From: Eledone cirrhosa
Lineage: Eukaryota
Assembly: GCA_964016885.1 (NCBI GenBank)
Contig: OZ024760.1
Coordinates: 16,864,001-16,928,000, forward strand
Direction of reading: 5' to 3'
Length of the DNA stretch: 64,000 nt
A program made the position numbers and the translations under genes. Positions 54,236 to 64,000 of this stretch are shown here, one piece after another (the first letter of the stretch is position 1; each line of letters opens with the position of its first letter). A model generated the notes under the pieces. It saw nothing but the letters and a program-made list of their open reading frames with translations, was not told the DNA's origin and did no database searches.

Positions 54236-54526
54236 TAAATATATATATACACACACACACCCACACACACAATGTGGACTAATATTTCCCACTTCAAATT
54301 CCTCCTCTAATTAACATTCCGCCACAATTCCTTAATGGCTTAAATTCCTCACTAGGAATTTAAAATTGCTCCTCTTGAGGCCAAATGACGCAAGTTTGAG
54401 AATCACTGCTATTCTGCTATTCTGCCAATCCACAGTCTTGGGAATCCCGTGAAACTCTAGACTAACAACACTCACTATTTAGCCTTAAGTGGGAGAGAGA
54501 GAGAGGGGGGGAGGGGGGGGGAGGAG

Positions 54527-54896
54527 GGCGTGGCTGAGTAGAGAATTGAATTCACAATGGTGAGGTTGTGAGTTCGATTCCTGGACCGGGCGATGCGTTA
54601 TGGCCTTGGGCAAGACACTTTATTTCACGTTGCTCCTTTTACCTGGAGTTGCGACCGATAGATAGTACTAGTAATTGGAAAGACCAACGGAAACATTGTT
54701 TCCTCGGTCCGATTTGACGAAAGTCGATCTGTATTTTTAACCGCTGGTCAATCAATGATAAACATTGATTGCCAAATAAATTAACAATGGAGATATAAAA
54801 GATACAGAAGCGAAAGCCAACCAAACAGTGAGTGTGTTCTGTTATTATTTCTGACAATATTATTACAACAATATGACCCTCCCCAAGTATAACAAT
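54527..54896 (+). mobile_element. SINE family C, full length (~370 bp) ending in (TA)n
   Basis: TGGCTGAGT A-box-like, GAGTTCGATTCC B box, ccttgggcaagacac, tail shared with 7603-7770. Confidence 0.8.
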
Positions 54897-55544
54897 ATAT
54901 ATATATATATATATATACGTGTATAAAATATATATATATATATATATACGTGTATATATATATGTGTGTATAAATATGTATATATATATATGTGTATAAA
55001 TATGTATATATATATATGTGTATAAATATAAATATATATGTGTATAAATATAAATATATATGTGTATAAATATATATATATATATGTGTATAAATATATA
55101 TATATGTGTATAAATATATATATATGTGTGTATAAATATATGTGTATAAATATATATATATATATGTGTGTATAAATATATGTGTATAAATATATATATA
55201 TATATGTGTGTATAAATATATGTGTATAAATATATATATATATGTGTGTATAAATATATGTGTATAAATATATATATATGTGTATAAATGTGTGTATAAA
55301 TATATATATATACGTGTATATATATATGTGTGTATATATATATATATGTGTGTATATATATGTGTGTATAAATATATGTGTGTATAAATATATATATATG
55401 TGTGTATAAATATATATATATATATATGTGTATATATATGTGTGTATAAATATATATATATATGTGTGTATAAATATATATATATATACGTGTATATATG
55501 TGTGTATAAATATATATATACGTGTGTATATATATATATGTGTG

Positions 55545-55592
<48 letters not shown>

Positions 55593-56007
55593 TGTGCGCA
55601 TATATATACACGCAGTATATGTATATACTACCCTATATATTCTATTCCATATAACAGGAATGTATATATATATGTGTATATATACTTTACACAAGCCAGG
55701 TGCAGTAGTAAACAGTTGAGCTAGTATAGTGTCATTGAGGTGTAAATGCCAAGTTCAATAGTATCAGTTCAATCACACTATTACTGTTCAATGATTCTAA
55801 TCAGTGTGATATCAAGACTGTCATTCCATGTTCAATAAACTGCCTCAATTACATCGGAATGAAGAATAACAGAATAGGAATGTTGGAATACAGGAATGTA
55901 GGAATATATACATAAATACAGGAAGTATGAGAATGACAGAATGTTGGCAAGTTTATTAACTGGAGTTCGTGGAAAAAGAATCTCTATGTATGTATATTAT
56001 GTAGATA

Positions 56008-56870
56008 TTAGGTATATATTTTGTATATATATATATATATAGGTATATATTTTGTATATATATATATAGGTATATATTTTGTATATATATATATAGGTAT
56101 ATATTTTGTATATATATATATATATAGGTATATATTTTGTATATATATATATAGGTATATATTTTGTATATATATATATATATAGGTATATATTTTGTAT
56201 ATATATATATAGGTATATATTTTGTATATATATATATAGGTATATATTTTGTATATATATATATATAGGTATATATTTTGTATATATATATATATAGGTA
56301 TATATTTTGTATATATATATATATAGGTATATATTTTGTATATATATATATAGGTATATATTTTGTATATATATATAGGTATATATTTTGTATATATATA
56401 TATATATATATATATAGGTATATATTTTGTATATATATATATAGGTATATATTTTGTATATATATATATAGGTATATATTTTGTATATATATATATAGGT
56501 ATATATTTTGTATATATATATATAGGTATATATTTTGTATATATATATATAGGTATATATTTTGTATATATATATATAGGTATATATTTTGTATATATAT
56601 ATATATAGGTATATATTTTGTATATATATATAGGTATATATTTTGTATATATATATATAGGTATATATTTTGTATATATATATATAGGTATATATTTTGT
56701 ATATATATATATAGGTATATATTTTGTATATATATATATATAGGTATATATTTTGTATATATATATATAGGTATATATTTTGTATATATAGGTATATATT
56801 TTGTATATATATATATATATAGGTATATATTTTGTATATATATATATATAGGTATATATTTTGTATATAT
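56008..56870. repeat. ggtatatattttg(ta)n minisatellite, about 32 units
   Basis: Direct reading. Confidence 0.95.
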
Positions 56871-56958
56871 ATATGTATATATATATATATGACTGAATAC
56901 GCACGTGTTTTGCCCTTTTATTTCATTTTTTTTCTCTGTTCCTTCCTCTTCTAACTCT

Positions 56959-57080
56959 GTCTTCTGAAAAAGGACTTGTGTCCGAAACCTTATGACTCTT
57001 TTCCTGATATTTCAAGCGTGAAACTAATACATTTCTTCAATGTACTGTGTCGTCTCCTTTGTTAATTCTGTTTACCTTCT
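56959..57080 (+). mobile_element. Family P4 element with degenerate minimal hammerhead
   Basis: gtctt-CTGAAAA-a-ggac(ttgt)gtcc-GAAAC-CTT-atgac. Downstream tttcaagcg is shared with 13300-13320. Confidence 0.6.
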
Positions 57081-57112
57081 ACACACACACACACACACAC
57101 ACGTCTACATAC

Positions 57113-57675
57113 ATATCGGTAGAAGGTCGGACGAAGAATAAAGCTTAGAGTTACGGCCCTTTACGTTCTGAGTTCAAATCCCCGTCGAGGTTAGCTTTGT
57201 CTTTCACCCTTACGGAGGTCGATAAAATAAAGTACCAGTAATGCACTGGGGTAATTGCTGGCCTTGTGCCAAAAGTATAAATAATTGTTAACGTCATGGA
57301 TTGGTAGAGGAGTCGGACGCCATGCTTCGCAGCATAGTTACGGCCCTTTACGGTCTGAGTTCAAATCCCGCCGAGATTAACTTTGTCTTTCATCCCTACG
57401 AGGTCGATAAAATAAAGTACCAGTAATGCACTGGGTAATTGCTGGCCTTGTGCCTAAAGTAGAAACAATTATTTATTCAAAGTAAGGCGGTGGATTGGCA
57501 GTATCGGTAGAGAGTCGGACGCCATGCTTTGACGCATAGAGTTACGGCCCTTGCCATTCTGAGTTCAAATCCCGCCGAGGTTAACTTTGCTTTTCATCCT
57601 TACGGGGTCGATAAAATAAAGTACCAGTAATACACTGGGTAATTGCTGGCCTTGTGCCTAAAGTAGAAACAATTA
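57113..57675 (+). mobile_element. Three tandem SINE A copies
   Basis: ~185-bp units. Confidence 0.9.
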
Positions 57676-58195
57676 TTTATTTAAAGTAATCCGATTTATT
57701 TTACTAACGGGATAAAAAAAACATATTCAGGAAGCAGTCCCGCACTCCTCCATTTATTACATTATGATGTTGTTTTTTAATAATTCTTTCCAACATCAAA
57801 ACTGCCTTTGCACATTTTCTAAAGCAAATTTCTTATTAAGCTCTCTCCTGAATTAATCCGCGAATCGTATTTTATAATGTTTCTAGTTGTTTGTCATCTG
57901 TAGCATAAAATTGAGGTTATCTTTGTACAAAAGAAGATTGATTACCCTAGTATTTGTATTGCTTGCGAATCTAATCTAATCTAATCTAGTTTAGCATCTC
58001 GGATAACTGTAATGTTATTTAAATCACCATAACAATTAGCTTATATATATATATATATATATATAACCAAAATTAAATTAAGGATGTCATGTCTGAGATA
58101 CATACGCCATAAGACCTGTAGAATAAGCTTAAAGATTCTAAGGGATAAATCCCACCATTTATTAGCATTAAATTAAAAATCGATTCACACACACA

Positions 58196-58284
<89 letters not shown>

Positions 58285-58618
58285 TAGGATGGATGTGTGG
58301 TTGCTAGGCTTAAAAATGGAATGAGAATAAGAAGAAAGCAAGAACGGGTGGGGGGAGTCCTCCCCATCAGCCGTCTACTGGGGGTCTCGGATACCTCAAC
58401 GCCTTAAAGACAATATATCTACCTCCAGAGCGTTCAATAACTGGGCAAGCCACTGGGAAAACGGAGGAGGGAAAAGGGGAAAATGGGAAGAAAAGCGAAA
58501 ACAGTGAAAAAAACAACGCACCAAAGAATGTGTAAGCAACTGAAGGCAAGAGAATACGTAACTATGTGTGTTTACACTCTTTACAAATTATCCCCTGTAA
58601 TTGTTTGATGTATATATA

Positions 58619-58800
58619 TAACAAAGAAGGTGTGGTAAGATACCAGGTGGACCATAACGCACCAGAGTACTCGATACTTAGGGTAGTAGAGTGGGTAATA
58701 GGAAAAGAGTCAGGACCCCGACGGCTGAGCTCCGGCCGTTTCAATTCTAACAGTCGAAACGGCCGGAACACTCAGCCGTCGGGGTCCTGACTCTTTTCAT
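58619..58800 (-). mobile_element. Family P3 fold-back element (further fragments at 51786, 59040 and 62303)
   Basis: Homology and inverted arms. Confidence 0.85.
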
Positions 58801-59271
58801 ATATATATATATATATAACCAAAGATGTGGGTTCGACTCCCATGTACGTCAATGCCCATCTTTTTTTCATTTCTTAGAGGGTTCTAAACCCCACCATCGG
58901 GCTAAAATTTCTTTAGTAAAAAAATTACGGCGAAAGCTTTTATTTCTACTAAATTTCAAACTTCACTCACTGTTTCAAAAGAAACTTACTTGTTATATAT
59001 ATATATATATGTGTGTGTGTGAGAGAAAGAAAAGAGTCAAGACTCTTTTCCTATTACCCACTCTACTACCCTAAGTATTGAGTACTCTGGTGCGTTATGG
59101 TCCATCTGGTATCTTACCACACACTCTTTCTTATATATATATATATATGCATACAGAGTCGGGCTAGATCGATACAGATCGAACCTTGAGCTGATCAGTA
59201 GCGAAACGCGCGTCACCAACCAATAAACTTAATGAAGGAGTAACCATTCGTCCTTTTATTATTATATAATA

Positions 59272-59390
59272 CATTCTGAGTTCAAATCCCGTCGAGGTTA
59301 ACTTTGCCTTTTATCCTTACGGGGTCGATAAAATAAAGTACCAGTAATGTACTGAGTAATTGCTGGCCTTGTGCCAAAAGTAGAAACAAT

Positions 59391-59392
<2 letters not shown>
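59272..59392 (+). mobile_element. SINE A, 5'-truncated
   Basis: Consensus match. Confidence 0.9.
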
Positions 59393-59439
<47 letters not shown>

Positions 59440-59544
59440 TATATATATACACATATATATATATATATAGTTCAAGGAAACAACAAACAGGGGTACAATA
59501 AGTCTTATTAGTTTTACGCTTTATATGGAAAAGGGGGAAAGAAA

Positions 59545-59580
59545 GTTCGACGTTTCGGGCTTTAGCCTTTCTTCAGGAGT
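59545..59580 (-). ncRNA. Minimal hammerhead motif
   Basis: actc-CTGAAGA-aaggc(taaa)gccc-GAAAC-GTC-gaac. Stem I is weak. Confidence 0.55.
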
Positions 59581-60609
59581 ACAAAAAAGAGACAAGATCA
59601 CAAAGGGTAGATACAGAAAATAAAAGGTGTGTGTATACAGCTAATGAGAAATCGTTAAACTATGATTCGAATACAAAGCATTCGACCGAACTGAAATTGT
59701 TACCTGTACATTAATCAGCTTTTATGAGGTTACATTGACAAATCTCGGTCACACCTCATGTCTTTCGTTTTGTTTAACTTCCTATAGTGTTGTGTTCGAC
59801 ATATTTCTGTTCGATAAATCCAACTTATATCGATAATCGATACAGTCTAATGTTCTATTGTCTTAAAACATTAAGCTATATTAATAAAGTAGCTCGATCC
59901 TTTGAGGAACAGATCGAAGTATTGATGAATGTATTTTGTAACAGGAAAACCTCACTAAAGTGCTGATTACGTACATAATTACGGGCGGTGTTAAACAACA
60001 AACAACCTGGGAGAAGAATAGAAAATCTTAAATCATTAGTGTAACAATGAGATACAGGGATAGATGTGAGAGTACCTTTGGAGTACCTTTGGGGAGTTTG
60101 GCCACCTCAGCCCGACGTGCAGCAGTACTTGGGTTAGTCGCAGACTGCACCAGGATACGGATGGAGAAAGTGTCATAGAAATGAATTATTAAAATATCAT
60201 TCTTATCTTTAATGTCTTCCACGTGTCGGTAATGAACAGAAGCTCTAGAGGTTTTCTTATGCAAACCATAAACTTATCCAAATGTAAATTTCCCAGTTTA
60301 TGTGATAGTTCATATGTCTAGTAAGTCTCGTATATATGACATACGAATCCTAGACTCTAAAGATTGAATACAGTTAACACTATTACCATCAGTATTAACG
60401 ACACTGCTCTACTAGGACACAATAAGACATATTGAATGTTAGAACTCGAATAATACTACAAGGTAAACATAATATTAGATGACAACAGAAATTCCTAAAT
60501 GCAATTGTAAATTCTATTCTGATAGTTTCTTCCCATCAGCTTCTTGCTTTCCTCACCATTATAATTTGCAAAAATCTAAAAGCAACTGCAATCATCGTCA
60601 TCTATCTCT

Positions 60610-60922
60610 TCTTGGATTATGTTCTCTGTGTCTTGTTATTTTCCCCTTCTCAGTAGCCCCTTGCATTTTAGTGGCTTTATTGCCTTGCTTGGGATTATGT
60701 TCTCTCTGTCGTGTTCTTTTCCATTCTCAGTAACCCCTTGCATTTTAGTGGCCTTATTGCCTTGCTTGGGATTATGTTCTCTCTGTCGTGTTCTTTTCCC
60801 TTCTCAGTAACCCCTTGCATTTTAGTGGCTTTATTGCCTTGCTTGGAATTATGTTCTCTGTGTCGTGTTCTTTTCCCTTCTCAGTAGCCCCTTGCATTTT
60901 AGTGGCTTTATTGCCTTGCTTG
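60610..60922. repeat. ~77-bp tandem repeat x4
   Basis: ccccttgcattttagtggctttattgccttgcttg recurs. Confidence 0.9.
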
Positions 60923-60944
60923 CGGGGAGGAAATTAAAAAAGAA

Positions 60945-61150
60945 AACTCCAGGCAGAGCTGCTATTTCTCCAAATGAGAGATCACAGCTCCGATACTATA
61001 GGCATCTGGTTAGAATGTCTCAGTAAAGAATCAATGGACTGATTTAACGGGCAAAACCAACTGGCATGAGACCCAGGGGTAGAAAAGGTTGAGGACTCTG
61101 CTTCCATAACCCTCTCAGGAATAAGTGGGCGAACGAGAAGGAGGAGAAGA
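60945..61150 (+). mobile_element. RTE (Expander-like) 3' fragment, internally deleted
   Basis: Homologous to 2400-2700. Confidence 0.8.
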
Positions 61151-61649
61151 ATAATGAGGAGGAGAAAAATAATAATAATAATAAGAAGAAGAACGAAGAG
61201 AAGAACAAGAAGGAATCTATATAAAGACATAATATTTATAGTTGTCCCTCTGGTATATAGTACAGTTAAATGTGAACTAAATAAATAGATTAGAAACAAC
61301 AACAACAACAGTAATGACAGCATATTAGTTTCTATACAGATGTAGTTTGGTGTTACTATCATTTCAAGAACAACAACAACAGTAACAACAATTTCAATTA
61401 GACAACTGTTATTTCACTCGCTGTAGCCTTACCAAATATCCATTAGATAAATGACAGCAATTTTACAAGGAGAAAGTAAAAACACAACTAAAACAAACCA
61501 TTATGAATCCGGTCTAAAGTAAATTATGAAACAAGTAATAAATATCATATATAGAGTTTAGGATCGATGGGTCACCGTCAGTTTCGACGATGACTGTTTC
61601 ACTTGTTCGATCAACAGAACAGTCTACTCGTTAATTTTTTTTATCTATA

Positions 61650-61772
61650 GAAATATACACAATTTAACAACAGGTTTGCGGTCGTGCCCTTGGCAGTGGA
61701 GACTTCTGGTGTTCTTGGGCCTATGGCTACCTCCCTACTCACCAGCATAGGCGCTGAGCTGACTACCTGTAG
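61650..61772 (+). mobile_element. CRE-like endonuclease fragment
   Basis: KYTQFNNRFAVVPLAVETSGVLGPMATSLLTSIGAEL, homologous to 11200-11316. Confidence 0.8.
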
Positions 61773-61999
61773 CAGTGTTAAACCAAAACCAGTGAAGTAT
61801 AAAAAAACAGGTTGTTTACTTTAGTGGAAAGGAAAAGAATGAAGATAAACTGTGTTTTATTTCTAGTCGGTTTCTACGGCAACTCTATAAAGTAATAGCT
61901 TTCACAGGTGATAGATGAGATAGGGCGATTTATATATACATAAATATACATACATGCATATATATATATATATATATATACATGCACATATAAAATTTA

Positions 62000-62039
<40 letters not shown>

Positions 62040-62175
62040 TTATTACACGGCTCAGAAAAACTTCTTTCTTGGAGCTATTTAATTATAAGAGACTATTTTG
62101 ACTTTCTAACTCAATATCATATGTATATATATATGTATATATATATATATGTATATGTATACATACACATAAGAA

Positions 62176-62210
<35 letters not shown>

Positions 62211-62341
62211 CACATATGAAATATATATATATATATACACATACACATAAGAAATGTATATATATATATATATATATATACATACACATATGAAATTTAT
62301 ATCGAAACGGCTTCAGCTCTGCCGTCGGGGTCCTACTCGTT

Positions 62342-62388
<47 letters not shown>

Positions 62389-62709
62389 TATCGTCTAACC
62401 CATGCTAGCGTGGAAGAATGAACGTAAAACGGTGATGATGATGATATATATATATACATACATACACATAAAATTTATATATGTATATATATGAGAAAGA
62501 GAGTGAGTGGGGGGAAAGGGGAGGTTATAACTGAAATTAAGATAACTTGTGCAGGTTATCTAGGGTGTGCAGTGATTGCTAAAATAATAGGATTTAAAAT
62601 CAATGGGGTAATAGATAAACTAGAACAATGTCAATAGAAGCGTTAGTTTTTATTTTAATTCGTTGCCTATGTTTTATAGGTGTTTCTACCTATAAAACAT
62701 AGGCAATGT

Positions 62710-62820
62710 ATTGGCAGTGTCGTTAGAACTTCAGATAGAATGATTTGCTGTATTCCTTCCGTCTCTATATGATCTGAGTTCAAAACCCCGACGAGGTCAA
62801 CTTTGCATTTTATCCTCTCT
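62710..62820 (+). mobile_element. SINE A subfamily with the head that matches the 27-bp satellite
   Basis: ttggcagtgtcgttagaacttcagatagaatg. Confidence 0.75.
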
Positions 62821-62994
62821 GTCGCTCTTTTTCCCCCGTTTCTCCCTTTCTCTCTAGAGCTCTCTCTAGAGCTCTTTCTCACTCTCTCTCTCTCTAGAGC
62901 GAGAGCTCTAGAGCGAGAGCTCTAGAGCTTTTTCTCTCTGCTTGGGAAGCATCCGATAATGTTGACAAGTTCTCCTTTTCGGGTAGTGTTTTCG

Positions 62995-63121
62995 ATGCTC
63001 AGAGAGTGGGATTGGTCGAGTGCAAGGCCTTTCCCCACTTAAAAAACCTTCAAAGCACAGGCATTGCTTGTTCAGGATCTGTTACAAGCGATTGCAGTAC
63101 TCTTAGCAGAGTCTGCAACCG

Positions 63122-63125
<4 letters not shown>
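62995..63125 (+). mobile_element. Diverged K-related element lacking the zinc-finger segment
   Basis: gagagtggggattgg...gcacaggcattgctt...gtactc-ttagca-gagt, then (TA)n. Confidence 0.55.
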
Positions 63126-63152
<27 letters not shown>

Positions 63153-63155
<3 letters not shown>

Positions 63156-63510
63156 GTAGAACACTAGTGGGTTATATCCGTAGTAGTAGAGCACTCAGTC
63201 CATGGGACGAGTTTGGTAGAAGTAGTTCCACAACAGTTAGTTCACCACACCGAGAACAAATTGTTTCACCTAATACGGATCATTCGCTCGGTCTGAATGA
63301 AGTTGTACGGAAAAGGAAAAACAACTGTACGAATACGCATGTGCAGAAACAGTCACCTTTCCTGGGGAAGGTAGTGACTGTTTTTGCACATGCGTATTCG
63401 AACAGTTGCTGTGTTTTTCCTTTTCCGTACAACTTCATTTAGTTAGTTGATGAACCGAATAAGGTAAAACAATTTATTCTTGCTATGGTGAACTGTTGTG
63501 GAAACAACGA
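63153..63510. mobile_element. ~140-bp-arm fold-back element with two degenerate hammerheads (family P11)
   Basis: Centre ~63363. Minus arm ccgag-CGAATGA-tcc..ggt-GAAAC-aattt-GTT-ctcgg. Plus arm TTGATGA-acc..ggt-AAAAC. Confidence 0.7.
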
Positions 63511-63821
63511 ATGAAAAAACTTACCTCTTAATTTTAAATCTTTAATTTTTAGTTTTTAATTCTTATTAATTCTTTTTAATTGTAATACTCAACATTTGAT
63601 CAGATGAATTTTACTAATACATCGAAACCGGTAATACTTTATATACATTATAAAACTCTTTTTATTTTAAAGAATTGTCCCTCTCATTTTTTCAATAATG
63701 TCATCTTTTCAATAATGTATCTTTGACGAATCAAAGAAAGGAAAAAAAAGAAAAACAGACCCTAAAATATATTTTCCGTGCTATTTCTAATATCTCCTTT
63801 TCTCTCTCTAATATCTCCTTT

Positions 63822-63869
<48 letters not shown>

Positions 63870-63872
<3 letters not shown>

Positions 63873-64000
63873 TTTATCCCGGATTGAATTGGGGGTAACC
63901 ACAGTAAGTAAGGTACTCAATACATAGCAGAGTATAAATATTTAATATAGAAATGGCTTTTACAGGACTAGAAATGTTTTATTCGGGAGAAATCATCAGG
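63870..64000 (-). mobile_element. Family P7 copy showing the full CTGATGA core, runs off the window
   Basis: Reverse complement cCTGATGAtttc(tccc)gaat-AAAAC-atttcta-GTC-ctgta. Confidence 0.7.

Noticed and set aside
54685-54730. Type II hammerhead in SINE C (GAAAC att GTT...TTGACGA)
   Set aside because: Stems I and II cannot be formed in the required register.
58826-58845. tRNA gene (GGTTCGACTCC B box)
   Set aside because: There is no cloverleaf or acceptor stem. It is likely a SINE or repeat fragment, as are the other B boxes.
60028-60264. 78-aa non-repetitive ORF
   Set aside because: No recognisable domain and no convincing splice sites.

Overview
AT-rich eukaryotic, non-genic (intronic or intergenic) DNA. 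The SINE content resembles octopod cephalopod repeats as I recall them (inference, not searched). No host protein-coding gene is supported, and almost all ORFs in the track are artefacts of (TA)n/(CA)n/(GA)n/(TAC)n microsatellites. The window is a mosaic of five things: (1) >20 copies of a tRNA-derived SINE plus other SINEs; (2) LINE relics (RTE/Expander-like and CRE-like); (3) DNA-transposon MITEs; (4) many minisatellites, several grown from retroposon ends; (5) at least ten distinct families of short (100-350 bp) elements in or next to (TA)n tracts. Most of these last elements carry type I hammerhead-ribozyme motifs (CUGANGA...GAAA..NUH) and form long fold-back inverted repeats that turn at or near the ribozyme core. 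They are probably Penelope-like pseudo-LTR relics. A second highlight is a ~610-bp RTE-like non-autonomous retroposon, present four times, that keeps an open 35-codon micro-ORF with a single C2H2 zinc finger. Repeat boundaries were read by eye and are approximate.
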